Assembly: GCA_052148655.1 (NCBI GenBank)
Contig: JBKQHU010000134.1
Coordinates: 1,442 to 65,441, forward strand
DNA length: 64,000 nucleotides
From: Acidimicrobiales bacterium
GTDB lineage: Bacteria > Actinomycetota > Acidimicrobiia > Acidimicrobiales > Bog-793
Reading direction: 5' to 3'
The number at the start of each line of letters is the position of its first letter. The first letter of the stretch is position 1. The notes beneath the pieces were generated by a model. The model was not told the DNA's origin. It saw nothing but the letters and a program-made list of their open reading frames with translations, and searched no databases. Made by a program: the position numbers and the translations under genes. This document shows, one piece after another, positions 1 through 11,462 of this stretch.

Positions 1-1
1 G

Positions 2-2038
2 GGTGGGGCCGAGCGCGACTACCTGCTGCTCGAGTACCGCGGCGGCGACAGGCTCTACCTGCCCTCCGAGCAGATCGACGCCATCACGCCCTACACCGGC
101 GGCGAATCGCCGGCGCTCAACCGGATGGGCGGGGCGGAGTGGTCCCGCCAGAAGGCTCGGGTGCGCGCCGCGGTCCGGGAGGTGGCAAAGGAGCTCGTCG
201 AGTTGTACCGGCGCCGCCGGACAACTCCCGGCCACGCGTTCGCGCCCGACACACCCTGGCAGACCGAGCTCGAGCAGGCCTTCTCCTATCCGGAGACCCC
301 GGACCAGCTCAAGGCGATCGACGACGTGAAAGCCGACATGGAACAAGCCGTGCCGATGGACCGGCTCGTCTGCGGGGACGTCGGTTTCGGCAAGACCGAG
401 GTCGCGGTGCGTGCGGTGTTCAAGGCGGTGCAGGACGGGCACCAGGCCGCCATCCTCGTGCCGACGACGCTTCTCGCGCAGCAGCATTTCCAGACCTTCT
501 CCGACAGGTACGCGCCGTACCCGATCCGGGTCGAAGTCCTGTCGCGTTTCCTCACCTCCTCGGAGGCGCGCAAGGTCGTCGACGGCCTGGCCGACGGGTC
601 GGTCGACGTCGTGATCGGGACCCATCGCCTCCTCACGCCCGACGTCCGTTTCAAGAGGCTCGGCCTTCTCGTGGTAGACGAAGAGCAGCGCTTCGGCGTC
701 TCCCACAAGGAGGCGATCAAGCAGATGAGCATCGGCGTAGACGTGCTCACCTTGACGGCGAGCCCGATCCCTCGCACCTTGGAGATGAGCCTGACCGGCA
801 TCCGGGACCTTTCCCTCATCACGACCCCGCCCTCGGAGCGCCAGCCGATCCTCACCTACGTGGGCGAGCAGGACGAACGCGCCGTCGCGGAGGCGATTCG
901 CCGCGAGCTGCTGCGCGAGGGCCAGATCTTCTACGTCCACAACCGGGTCCAGGACATCGAACGGGTGGCGGCCGAGTTGCGCAACCTCGTCCCGGACGCC
1001 CGCATCGCCGTCGCGCACGGCCAGATGGACGAGGGAACCCTCGAGCAGGTCGTGCTCGACTTCTGGGCCGGCGCCTACGACGTGCTGGTCTGCACGACGA
1101 TCATCGAGTCGGGCATCGACATGCCTTCTGTGAACACGCTCGTGGTGGACCGGGCCGACCGGCTCGGTCTCGGTCAGCTCCACCAGTTGCGGGGCAGGGT
1201 CGGGCGTGCGGGCAGGCGAGCCTACGCGTACTTGTTGTTCCCGCCCGACCGGGTACTTTCCGAGCAGGCCTACGAGCGCCTGAGGACCATCGGCGAGCAC
1301 ACCGAGCTCGGGTCGGGGTTCAAGATCGCCATGCGCGACCTCGAGATCCGCGGCGCCGGGAACCTGTTGGGACGGGACCAGTCGGGCCACATCGCCGCGG
1401 TCGGTTACGACCTTTACGTGCGGCTGGTGGCCGAGGCCGTCTCCGAGCTGAAGGGCGAGCCGGTGCGCGTGCCGGTGGACATAACCGTCGACCTGCCGGT
1501 CGACGCCTTCTTGCCGCCGCGGTACGTCGAACGCGAGGACCTCCGCCTCGAGGCCTACCGTAGGCTGGCCGAGGTTCGCGACCTCGCCGCGGTGGAGGAC
1601 CTGCGGGCGGAATGGCTCGACCGCTACGGGCCGCTGCCTGCGGAGGCCGAGGCCCTCGTGGCCGTCGGGCGCCTCAGGGCAGAGTGCGTCCGCACCGGAG
1701 TCACGGAGGTGACGGCGTCGGTCACGCGCCCAGGTGGCGGTGGCCCGGGGCGAACCGGCGAAGCCGTGGCCCGCCTTTCGCCGATCCGCCTGCGCGCCTC
1801 GGCGCGGGTGCGCCTCGGCCGCCTGCATCCCCGGGCGATAGTGAAAGAGGATGTCGACCAGATCATCGTGCCGTTGGCGGCGGGCCCCGACATCGCCGAC
1901 CGGCTGGCGACGTTGTTGCGCGAGCTCGCGCCGGCTGACCCCGGCGACAACGCCCGTCCCGACCCCGATGCGGCGGCGGTCGCGGCAGCCGAGACCCTGG
2001 CGGCTGGCTTCCGGCCTCGTCGCGCCCCTAGCATCTGA
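2..2038 (+). CDS. mfd: Transcription-repair coupling factor Mfd (C-terminal ~680 aa; 5' end lies outside the window)
   Basis: Translation from nt 2 reads [47 protein letters not shown] and runs into the 125..2038 ORF. Helicase motifs [20 protein letters not shown] and [11 protein letters not shown] are present, followed by a C-terminal TRCF-type region. Confidence 0.95.
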   Translation, partial: GGAERDYLLLEYRGGDRLYLPSEQIDAITPYTGGESPALNRMGGAEWSRQKARVRAAVREVAKELVELYRRRRTTPGHAFAPDTPWQTELEQAFSYPETPDQLKAIDDVKADMEQAVPMDRLVCGDVGFGKTEVAVRAVFKAVQDGHQAAILVPTTLLAQQHFQTFSDRYAPYPIRVEVLSRFLTSSEARKVVDGLADGSVDVVIGTHRLLTPDVRFKRLGLLVVDEEQRFGVSHKEAIKQMSIGVDVLTLTASPIPRTLEMSLTGIRDLSLITTPPSERQPILTYVGEQDERAVAEAIRRELLREGQIFYVHNRVQDIERVAAELRNLVPDARIAVAHGQMDEGTLEQVVLDFWAGAYDVLVCTTIIESGIDMPSVNTLVVDRADRLGLGQLHQLRGRVGRAGRRAYAYLLFPPDRVLSEQAYERLRTIGEHTELGSGFKIAMRDLEIRGAGNLLGRDQSGHIAAVGYDLYVRLVAEAVSELKGEPVRVPVDITVDLPVDAFLPPRYVEREDLRLEAYRRLAEVRDLAAVEDLRAEWLDRYGPLPAEAEALVAVGRLRAECVRTGVTEVTASVTRPGGGGPGRTGEAVARLSPIRLRASARVRLGRLHPRAIVKEDVDQIIVPLAAGPDIADRLATLLRELAPADPGDNARPDPDAAAVAAAETLAAGFRPRRAPSI

Positions 2039-2043
2039 GGATC

Positions 2044-3093
2044 GTGAACAAGCTCCCCGCCGCACTGGCAGGCCTGGCCGCGCTCTGCGCCCTCATGTTC
2101 GGGCTGTCCGGGTGCAACGTCCAGTTCTCCCCCTATGCCGCTGTCGTGAACGGCTCGGTCATCCCCCAGTCCCAGCTGCGGGACGCTCTGACCGCCGTCG
2201 TGAACAACGCCGGCTACAAGTGCTCGATCGAGTCCGGTGGCACCTCGCACCTGGCGGGCGCGGGACAGGGCACCTACAACGCCACCTTCGCCGCCCAGAT
2301 GCTGTCGATCCTCGTCCAGGACAAGGTCGTCCGCGGGGATGTCGGGCGGATGCGGCTGGCGGAGCCGCCGGCGCTCGAGTCGGCGGCCCTTGCCCAGCTC
2401 GAACAGGCGTCCACACCGGCGAGCGGCTGTCCCGGATCGGGTGCCACGGTCCTCGCCGCCTTTCCCGCCTGGTACAGGAAGTTGCTGATCAGGTTCCAGG
2501 AGGACGAGGACGCGCTGAGCGCCCACCTGGCGGGCACCTCGCTCGCTCAGGGCGCGCTCAACAGCTACGTGGCCCGCCACCGCAACGCCATGACGCAGGC
2601 GTGCGTCTCGGTGATCGAGGTCGGTTCCAAGGCGACGGCCCTGTCCTTGCGGAGCCAGATCCATGGCGTCGCGAGCTTCGCGTCGGTGGCCCGGGCACAC
2701 TCGATCGACACGACGACCGCAGCCCAGGGTGGCGTCATCGGGTGCGTCCCCGACGCGGACTTCAACCCCCCGCTCAACACGGTGCTGGCGGGCCTCAAGG
2801 TCGGGAGCGTCTCGAGCCCGGTCCCCTTCAACTCGGACTGGCTGCTGTTGGTGGTGAGCCAGCGCCAGAAGGAGACCTACCAGCAAGTGATAGAGAGCCT
2901 GGTCTCCGAGGAGCTGAAAACCTTGAACAAGGTCTTCCCCCAGCTCTTGAAGACGGCCAAGGTCACGGTCGACCCGCAGTACGGCACCTGGAGCACCACG
3001 GGAACCCTGGCCCGGGTAAAGGCGAACGCCGGGCCGCCCGCCGACGTCGTGCCCAACGCGGGCGCCAACACCGGACCGACAGCCGCCGGGTAG
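2044..3093 (+). CDS. Lipoprotein, SurA/PpiC (parvulin)-like peptidyl-prolyl isomerase family
   Basis: GTG start. Signal peptide with lipobox (AALCALMFGLSGC). A parvulin-like segment follows (VSVIEVGSKATALSLRSQIHGVASFASVARAHSIDTTTAAQGGVIGCV). Its position right after mfd is typical. Confidence 0.6.
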   Translation: MNKLPAALAGLAALCALMFGLSGCNVQFSPYAAVVNGSVIPQSQLRDALTAVVNNAGYKCSIESGGTSHLAGAGQGTYNATFAAQMLSILVQDKVVRGDVGRMRLAEPPALESAALAQLEQASTPASGCPGSGATVLAAFPAWYRKLLIRFQEDEDALSAHLAGTSLAQGALNSYVARHRNAMTQACVSVIEVGSKATALSLRSQIHGVASFASVARAHSIDTTTAAQGGVIGCVPDADFNPPLNTVLAGLKVGSVSSPVPFNSDWLLLVVSQRQKETYQQVIESLVSEELKTLNKVFPQLLKTAKVTVDPQYGTWSTTGTLARVKANAGPPADVVPNAGANTGPTAAG

Positions 3094-3138
3094 CGGGCGG
3101 CCCGTCCTGCACCCGCTCCCGGACGACCGGCGGCTTAG

Positions 3139-4617
3139 ATGAGCGCCGCGCAGGCCCGCCGCCCGGTGGTCGTGGTGGTCGGCCTCGGGCCCGCCGGGCC
3201 CGAGCACACGACCCGGGCCGCCGCCGATGCGCTCGCGGGCGCGCCGGTGGCGTTCCTGCGCACCTCGCGTCATCCGGCCGCCGAACCCTGGCTCGCGTTC
3301 GAGAACGTCGTCTGCCTCGACCACTGCTACGAGGCGGGCGCCACCTTCGAGGAGGTGTACCGCTCGATTGTCGAGCTCGTCATGGCTGCGGCCACCGAGC
3401 ACGGCACGGTCGCCTACGCCGTGCCCGGGTCGCCGGCCGTCGCGGAGCGCACCGTCGAGCTGCTCGGTGGCGAGCCCTCCATCGCGCTCGAGGTCGTCCC
3501 GGGTCTTTCGTTCTGCGAGCTCGCCTGGGCCCGGCTCGGGATCGACCCGATCGAGGCCGGGGTCAGACTCATGGACGCGGAGAGCTTCGCCGTCCAGGCG
3601 GCAGGTGACCCGGGACCCCTCCTCGTCGGCCAGTGCTGGTCGAAGAGCGTGCTCTCGTCTGTCAAGCTCTGCTTCGACGCCGACCCTGGGCCGGCCGTTC
3701 TCCTCCACCACCTGGGTCTGGCCGACGAGGTCATAGTCGAGGTCCCCTGGGCTGAGATCGACAGGACTCTCGAGGCGGATCACCTGACGTCGCTGTACGT
3801 GCCGCACCTCGAGGTGCCGATCGCCCGGGAGCTGACGCGCCTGGCCGAGCTCGTGCGTGTGCTGCGCGAGCGGTGCCCGTGGGACCGCGCCCAGACGCAC
3901 GACTCGCTCGTGAGGCACCTGCTCGAGGAGACCTACGAGGCGATGGAGGCGATCGAGCTCCTGGGTGAGGACCCGGCCGCGGCCCCGGCCGCCGTGACGG
4001 CCCACGTGTGCGAGGAGCTCGGGGACCTTCTCTGCCAGGTTCTGTTCCACACCACGCTCGCGGAGGAGGAGGGCCTGTTCAATCTGGCCGATGTCGCCCG
4101 GAACGTGCACGACAAGCTCGTGGCCCGCCACCCGCACGTGTTCGGCGACGTGACCGCCACCACCCCGGGCGCCGTGCTGGCGAACTGGGAGCGCAACAAA
4201 TTGGCCGAGAAGAAGCGCTCGCACCTGTTCGAAGGAATCCCCGCCGCCATGCCGGCCCTGGCAAGGGCCGCCAAAGCCGAACGCAAGCTGGCGAGCCTGG
4301 ACCTGGGCTGGCCCGAGACGGGCCTCGACGCCAAGTCTCTCGTCACGGCGCTGGCGGCCATGGAGGTGCTCACCGATGCGCAGGCGGGCATCGACGCGGA
4401 CACGGCCGCCGCCGTGGGCTCGCTGCTGTTGGAAGAGGCGAGGCTCGTCGCCCACCGGGGCGGCGACCCCGAGGCGCTCGTGCGCCATGCACTCGATCGC
4501 CTGGGAGCCAAGCTGGCCGTGGCCGAGGCGGCCGCCAAGGACGCGGGGGCCGACCTTGCCTCACAGGACCCTGCCGTTCGCCTCGAGTTGTGGCGGGCGG
4601 CGAACGCCCAGCCCTGA
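3139..4617 (+). CDS. mazG: YabN-type fusion: N-terminal tetrapyrrole-methylase-like (SAM MTase) domain plus C-terminal MazG nucleoside-triphosphate pyrophosphohydrolase
   Basis: The N-terminus (VVVVGLGPAGPEHTTRAA...AYAVPGSPAVAERTV) is TP-methylase-like. The C-terminus carries MazG motifs (RCPWDRAQTHDSLVRHLLEETYEAMEAIE; EELGDLLCQVLFH; VARHPHVFGD). Confidence 0.85.
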   Translation: MSAAQARRPVVVVVGLGPAGPEHTTRAAADALAGAPVAFLRTSRHPAAEPWLAFENVVCLDHCYEAGATFEEVYRSIVELVMAAATEHGTVAYAVPGSPAVAERTVELLGGEPSIALEVVPGLSFCELAWARLGIDPIEAGVRLMDAESFAVQAAGDPGPLLVGQCWSKSVLSSVKLCFDADPGPAVLLHHLGLADEVIVEVPWAEIDRTLEADHLTSLYVPHLEVPIARELTRLAELVRVLRERCPWDRAQTHDSLVRHLLEETYEAMEAIELLGEDPAAAPAAVTAHVCEELGDLLCQVLFHTTLAEEEGLFNLADVARNVHDKLVARHPHVFGDVTATTPGAVLANWERNKLAEKKRSHLFEGIPAAMPALARAAKAERKLASLDLGWPETGLDAKSLVTALAAMEVLTDAQAGIDADTAAAVGSLLLEEARLVAHRGGDPEALVRHALDRLGAKLAVAEAAAKDAGADLASQDPAVRLELWRAANAQP

Positions 4618-6443
<1,826 letters not shown>

Positions 6444-6518
6444 GCCGAGCTCGCCGGCGCTGTGAGCCGGGCGGGGCGGCGCTAGCCTCGGGCGCCACGT
6501 TGCGGAGGTGATGGCCCG

Positions 6519-6833
6519 ATGAAGGAAGTGATTGGCGACATCGACCGCTGGCAAGCCGCGGGCCGGCGTGTCGCCATCGCCCGCGTGATCGGCGTGGAGG
6601 GTTCTGGCCCGCGCGACCCCGGGGCGACGATGGCCGTGAGCGAGGACGGTGAGGTTGCCGGTTCGGTGTCGGGAGGCTGCGTCGAGGGCGCCGTGGTCGC
6701 CGAGGCCCTCGCCGTGCTCGAGACGGGCAAGGCGAAGGTGTGCACTTTCGGCTATTCGGACGACGAGGCTTTCGCGGTCGGGCTGACCTGCGGTGGCACC
6801 GTGCATGTCCTCGTGGAACCGCTCGACTGGTGA
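6519..6833 (+). CDS. XdhC/CoxI family protein, N-terminal domain only
   Basis: RVAIARVIGVEGSGPRDPGATMAVSEDGEVAGSVSGGCVEGAVV is the XdhC_CoxI signature. At 104 aa it has no Rossmann part. Confidence 0.8.
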   Translation: MKEVIGDIDRWQAAGRRVAIARVIGVEGSGPRDPGATMAVSEDGEVAGSVSGGCVEGAVVAEALAVLETGKAKVCTFGYSDDEAFAVGLTCGGTVHVLVEPLDW

Positions 6834-6849
6834 CCGCAGGGGCCGACAG

Positions 6850-7674
6850 GTGAGCGGCGAGCTCTACCGCGAGCTTCGTGCCGCGCTGGTCGCCGACGAG
6901 CCGATCGCGTTGGCGACGGTGACCTCCGTTGAGGGGGAGGCCACCGGCCGCACCGGCATCGCCGCCAAGCTCGTCGTACGGCCCGACGGCCGCTGCCTCG
7001 GCACCCTGGGTGATCCAGAGCTGGACCGGGTGGCGGCGCGCGACGCCCTGGCTGCTCTGGACCGGGGCGTGATCGTGACCCGCCACTACGGGCCGCACGG
7101 AGAGGCCCGGCGGTCGGAGGTCGCCGTCTTCATAGAGGTGTTCGCCCCGGCCGCGCGCCTGATCGTGTTCGGGGCCGTCGACTTCACGCGGGCCCTAGTC
7201 GAGGTGGGCAAGGTGCTCGGCTTCATGGTGAGCGTCTGCGACCCGCGTCCGGTGTTCGCGACCAAGGCCCGCTTCCCGCTCGCCGACGAGGTCGTCGTGG
7301 AGTGGCCGGACCGGTACATGGACCGGATTGGCCCGGAGCTGGGCCCCCGGGACGCGGTCTGCGTACTGACCCACGACACGAAGTTCGACGTGCCCGCCAT
7401 CCTCTCGACGCTGCGGACCCGGGCGGGCTACCTCGGGGCCATGGGCTCCAGGCGGACCCACCGGCGGAGATGGCTACGCCTCCTGGAGGCCGGTGCCGAC
7501 GAGTCGGAGCTGGCCGAGCGACTCATGAGCCCGATCGGCCTCGACATCGGCGCCCGTAGCCCCGAGGAGACGGCCGTCGCGATCTGTGCCGAGATCATCA
7601 TGGTGCGCACGGGCCGGGCTGACAGCGCCGTGACGCCGCTGCGCAGGGCGGTGGGCGCCATTCACAGGGCTTGA
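6850..7674 (+). CDS. XdhC family Mo-cofactor insertion chaperone (XdhC_CoxI plus XdhC_C Rossmann-like domains)
   Basis: GTG at 6850. N-domain LATVTSVEGEATGRTG...GTLGDPELD, then the C-domain LIVFGAVDFTRALVEVGKVLGFMVSVCDPR...LTHDTKFD...YLGAMGSRRT. Confidence 0.85.
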   Translation: MSGELYRELRAALVADEPIALATVTSVEGEATGRTGIAAKLVVRPDGRCLGTLGDPELDRVAARDALAALDRGVIVTRHYGPHGEARRSEVAVFIEVFAPAARLIVFGAVDFTRALVEVGKVLGFMVSVCDPRPVFATKARFPLADEVVVEWPDRYMDRIGPELGPRDAVCVLTHDTKFDVPAILSTLRTRAGYLGAMGSRRTHRRRWLRLLEAGADESELAERLMSPIGLDIGARSPEETAVAICAEIIMVRTGRADSAVTPLRRAVGAIHRA

Positions 7675-7733
7675 CCACCTCGGCGCGCACTCGGGCCGCT
7701 TCGTGGCGGTGGTTGGGCATTACGCTGCCGGAG

Positions 7734-8312
7734 ATGTCAGTCGCGGCGGTGATCCTCGCTGCAGGGGCGGGGACCCGTTTCAACCGGGATGACCCGGATG
7801 CCAGCCCGGGCGCCAAGCTGCTGGCCCGGGCGCGGGGCAGGCCACTGATCGAGTGGGCGATCGGCCCGGCTGTCGAGGCACAGCTCGACGAGCTCGTCGT
7901 CGTCTCCGGAGCCGTGGACTTGGGCGGGGTCGTGCCCGACGAAGCGACACTGCTGTGCAACGAGGATTGGCATCTGGGCCAGGCCACCTCGCTGAGGGTT
8001 GCACTCGACTGGTGTGCCCGCCAAGGTCACCTGGCGGCGGTGATCGGCCTGGGCGACCTTCCCGGGCTGACGGCCGACGCCTGGCGCGCCGTGGCGGGCG
8101 CGCGGGGAGGCCCGATCGTCTTCGCGACCTACTACGGGCACCGCGGACACCCTGTGCGGCTGGACGCCGAGATATGGTCACTGCTGCCGACAAGCGGCGA
8201 CGAAGGCGCCCGGTCGCTCGCCAGCCGTCGACCGGAGCTCGTCACGGAACTAGCGTGCGAAGGCACGACGGTTGACATCGATACTCAGGAGGACCTGCGG
8301 CGATGGAACTGA
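7734..8312 (+). CDS. MobA/MocA-like nucleotidyltransferase (molybdenum cofactor cytidylyl/guanylyltransferase family)
   Basis: N-terminal VAAVILAAGAGTRF NTP-transferase loop; GLGDLP motif. Placed between xdhC and coxG. ATG 7734 was chosen because the upstream part of the ORF overlaps xdhC. Confidence 0.75.
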   Translation: MSVAAVILAAGAGTRFNRDDPDASPGAKLLARARGRPLIEWAIGPAVEAQLDELVVVSGAVDLGGVVPDEATLLCNEDWHLGQATSLRVALDWCARQGHLAAVIGLGDLPGLTADAWRAVAGARGGPIVFATYYGHRGHPVRLDAEIWSLLPTSGDEGARSLASRRPELVTELACEGTTVDIDTQEDLRRWN

Positions 8313-9043
8313 ACGACGAATTCGAGGTCCCACTCCCGGTTGCCGCTGCATGGGAGGTGCTCACAGATGTCGAGAAGGTTGTGCCCTCCGTGCCGGGCGC
8401 AGAGCTCCGGGAGGTGGAGGGCGACGAGCTTCGGGGCGTCATGCGGGTCAAGGTGGGCGCCACCACCGTGTCCTACAGGGGCGACGCCCATTTCGAGTCG
8501 CTCGACAAAGACGCCCACAAGCTCGTGCTGAGGGCGGAAGGTCGCGAGATCCGCGGCCAGGGCACCGCGACAGCTGTCGTCACGGCGACTCTCCTGGCGT
8601 CGCCGACCGGCACGACGGTCCGGATCGTCAGTGATCTTTCCGTCACGGGAAAGCTCGCCCAGTTCGGCCACGACGAGCTCGCCGATGCCTTCGCAAGGCT
8701 CGTCGACGAGTTCTCCCGCAACCTGGAGGCGACCCTGCCGGGTGCGCCGGAGCCGGCCGGCGAGGCCGGGATCGACGCCGACGTCGCCTCCTACAAGGCC
8801 GAGATCGAGGCGGAAGTGGCCGATGACCTGGTAGAGGCCGGCAAGGAGGCCACCTTTGACGAAGTCGGCTCCGACGTTCGCCCGCCCGACCGGGGGAGCT
8901 ATGACGAAGACGACTGGTCGGCAGAGCACCCGATCGCGAAGAGAGAGTCGCTGGTGCGGCGTCTGGCACCGTACCTGACCGTGGCGGGTGTCGCCCTCAT
9001 CCTGCGGATCGTCCTCTACTCGCTGCGCCGCCGCCGGCGGTGA
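8303..9043 (+). CDS. CoxG-like SRPBCC protein with an acidic linker and a C-terminal tail-anchor TM helix
   Basis: MELNDEFEVPLPVAAAWEVLTDVEKVVPSVPGAEL...VSYRGDAHFESLD...VTGKLAQFG is CoxG family. The C-terminus LAPYLTVAGVALILRIVLYSLRRRRR is hydrophobic and then basic. Confidence 0.8.
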   Translation: MELNDEFEVPLPVAAAWEVLTDVEKVVPSVPGAELREVEGDELRGVMRVKVGATTVSYRGDAHFESLDKDAHKLVLRAEGREIRGQGTATAVVTATLLASPTGTTVRIVSDLSVTGKLAQFGHDELADAFARLVDEFSRNLEATLPGAPEPAGEAGIDADVASYKAEIEAEVADDLVEAGKEATFDEVGSDVRPPDRGSYDEDDWSAEHPIAKRESLVRRLAPYLTVAGVALILRIVLYSLRRRRR

Positions 9044-10437
9044 GCCAGGGCGACTGGGAGGCCGTCGCCGGGCTGCTCAAAAGGGCGCCCCAGGGGAACT
9101 TCGAAGTCGTCGTCCGCGACGCCGCCGGCGGGCCGGTCGTCATTTCGAACTCACCGTTTCTCGAGGACGGCACGCCCATGCCCACGCTGTACTGGCTCGT
9201 GGGGCGGGCCGAGCGGGACCTCGTCAGCCGGCTCGAGTCGACCGGTGGGGTCCGGGCCGCCGAAGCGGCCGTCGACCCCGCCGAGCTCGAAGCGGCCCAC
9301 GGCCGCTATGCGGCACTTCGTGACGCGGTCGTGCCACCGGGGCAGCGGGGGCCGAGGCCGGCGGGCGGTGTAGGCGGCACCCGCCGGGGCGTGAAATGCC
9401 TTCACGCCCACCTCGCCTGGTTCCTCGCCGGCGGCCCGGACCCGGTCGGCCGCTGGACCTGCGAAGAGCTCGGCATCGAGCCTTCCCGGTACGTCCTCAC
9501 GCCCGCCCGGACGGGGACGGACGGAGCCGGATCAGTCGCCGCCGTCGACTGCGGCACCAACTCCACCCGCCTGCTCGTGGCCGACGCCGGTGGGCGTCCG
9601 CTGGAGCGGCTGATGAGGATCACCCGCCTCGGACAAGGTGTGGACCGGGAGGGCCGCCTCGACGAGCGGGCGATGAAGCGCACGATCGATGTCCTCGCCG
9701 AGTTCCGCCGCGTCATGGACCACTACGGCGTGACCCGGGCGCGGGCGACCGCGACGGCGGCCGCCCGTGAGGCCGGGAACACGGGCGAGTTCGCGCGGCG
9801 CGTGACCGAGGTCCTCGGTGTCGCCCCGGAGGTGCTCGACGGTGAGGAAGAGGGCCGGCTCACCTATCTCGGCGCGACGGCCGACCTCGATCCCGCCGCC
9901 GGCCCCTATACCGTCCTCGACGTCGGCGGCGGCTCGACGGAGCTGGTGGGGGGCGCGGCCGGGGCCCCGACGGCCGTGTCGCTCGAGCTCGGCTGCGTAC
10001 GTTGCTCGGAACGGTTCCTCGAGCACGATCCGCCCCTCCCGGGCGAGCTGGCGGCCTTGCGCAGCCATGTGCGCCGGCTTGTGACCGGAGCGCTTGCGGC
10101 GCATCCTTCGCTCCGCTCCGGCGCGCAGCTGATCGGCGTCGCGGGCACGGTGGCGGCGCTCGTACGTCTCGACCAGGGGATCGTCGTCTACGACCGCGAC
10201 CGTGTGCACCACGCCCGGTTGCGCCTCGACGCGATGGAGCGGCTGTTGGGAGAGCTGTGCGCCCTGCCGGTCGCGCGTCGTCTCGAGTGGCCGGCGCTCG
10301 AGGCAGAACGGGCGGACGTGATCGTCGGGGGAGCCGCCGTGCTGGCCGAGGCGACGACGACCCTCGGCTTCGACGCGCTGACAGCATCCGAGTCGGACCT
10401 GCTCGACGGGATCGTCGCGGAGCTGCTCGCCGGCTGA
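9040..10437 (+). CDS. DUF501 domain fused to a Ppx/GppA-family exopolyphosphatase domain
   Basis: N-terminal DUF501 motifs (PFLEDGTPMPTLYWLV; GGTRRGVKCLHAHLAWFLAGG), then a Ppx/GppA start (VAAVDCGTNSTRLLVAD...ITRLGQGVD...EGRLTYLGA...VLDVGGGSTEL). GTGA overlap with coxG. Confidence 0.85.
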   Translation: MSQGDWEAVAGLLKRAPQGNFEVVVRDAAGGPVVISNSPFLEDGTPMPTLYWLVGRAERDLVSRLESTGGVRAAEAAVDPAELEAAHGRYAALRDAVVPPGQRGPRPAGGVGGTRRGVKCLHAHLAWFLAGGPDPVGRWTCEELGIEPSRYVLTPARTGTDGAGSVAAVDCGTNSTRLLVADAGGRPLERLMRITRLGQGVDREGRLDERAMKRTIDVLAEFRRVMDHYGVTRARATATAAAREAGNTGEFARRVTEVLGVAPEVLDGEEEGRLTYLGATADLDPAAGPYTVLDVGGGSTELVGGAAGAPTAVSLELGCVRCSERFLEHDPPLPGELAALRSHVRRLVTGALAAHPSLRSGAQLIGVAGTVAALVRLDQGIVVYDRDRVHHARLRLDAMERLLGELCALPVARRLEWPALEAERADVIVGGAAVLAEATTTLGFDALTASESDLLDGIVAELLAG

Positions 10438-10505
10438 ACGGCGCTCAGGCGGGCCTGCCGCCTCCCCTTGGCTGCCGCCGCGGGCCGGGCAAGGTGACCG
10501 GGTTC

Positions 10506-11273
10506 CTAGGTGCTCGGCTGCCGGTCGGAGAGCGCGGCGCCGACCTGATCGGCGATGAAGGCCGCCACGAGCAGTCGGTCGGACGAAACCGGCGCGCCGG
10601 GCGTCGGGGTCATGACGAAGCGTCCGAAAGTCTCGCCGCGGTACTGGACGATGAGCTCGACCTCGCGTCCCGGCAGGCCGCTCAGGTGGGCCCCCCAACG
10701 CAGGCCGCCCAGTGCGACCACGCCGGAGTGCTCGATGCGGGTCGGGTGGCGGTCGGACATCTCGGTGTCAAAACGGCAGTCGCGCAAACCGAGCAGCGAA
10801 GTCAGTTCGGCGGCCGCGCGTGCGATGACGAACTGCGCCGGCTCACCCGAGGCCACCATCTCGGTGAAGTCGTGAATGAGCGCCACGTTGCGCGCCTCTT
10901 CGGAGGCGGCCTCGCGGTGGCCGCGGCCCCGGGCGGCTATCTCGGTGACGGCGAGGCCGACGATCAACAGGCTGATCTCTGTCTGGAGATCGGGCCGGTT
11001 GGTGATGTTGAAGGTCTCGTAGGGCTTGGTGAGGAAGAAATCGAACCAGGCGGCCGCGGAGAGCGCAGCCACCAATCCGGCGAAGCGGTTGCCGAACGCG
11101 CCCACGGCGACGACGACGAGGACCAGCACGAGCGCCGCCGCCGGCAGGGCGAAGTTGGTCCGGAACGGCACCAGGGCGGCGGCGACGGCGAGGGGGAGCA
11201 CCAGGCCGGAAAGGTTCGCTATCCAACCCCTGTCGAGTGCCTGAAACCAGCGCCTCATCGACCCACGCTCCAT
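10506..11273 (-). CDS. DUF4118 membrane sensor domain protein with a GAF-like C-terminal domain (no kinase domain)
   Basis: Three to four TM helices ending in the DUF4118 signature (AAAWFDFFLTKPYETFNITNRPDLQTEISLLIVGLAV), then a ~130-aa soluble domain. Confidence 0.65.
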   Translation of the reverse strand: MERGSMRRWFQALDRGWIANLSGLVLPLAVAAALVPFRTNFALPAAALVLVLVVVAVGAFGNRFAGLVAALSAAAWFDFFLTKPYETFNITNRPDLQTEISLLIVGLAVTEIAARGRGHREAASEEARNVALIHDFTEMVASGEPAQFVIARAAAELTSLLGLRDCRFDTEMSDRHPTRIEHSGVVALGGLRWGAHLSGLPGREVELIVQYRGETFGRFVMTPTPGAPVSSDRLLVAAFIADQVGAALSDRQPST

Positions 11274-11462
11274 GAGAAGAAGACCGTCACGACCCTAGCG
11301 CTGCTGGCGCGCCGCTGATCACTCGGGACCGGCCGGGTAGCCGGAAGCCGGCCGTGGAACCGGCTGAGCCGTCCCACCGCAGCACGCGCCGGTTGTACAC
11401 GCGCAGGTGCCAGATCTGCGACCATAGAGCGGTGAGCAACCGTTACGGAGGGCGGCGCTGAC

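Noticed and set aside
1624-4488. 954-aa minus-strand ORF, and similar giants at 39132..41882 (-), 59753..62725 (+), 46691..48610 (-), 19264..21177 (+) and 17031..18695 (+)
   Set aside because: Each lies antisense to, or out of frame with, genes that have unmistakable family motifs. Their products are Arg/Gly/Pro/Ala-rich low-complexity strings with no motifs. Long open antisense frames are expected at about 70% GC.
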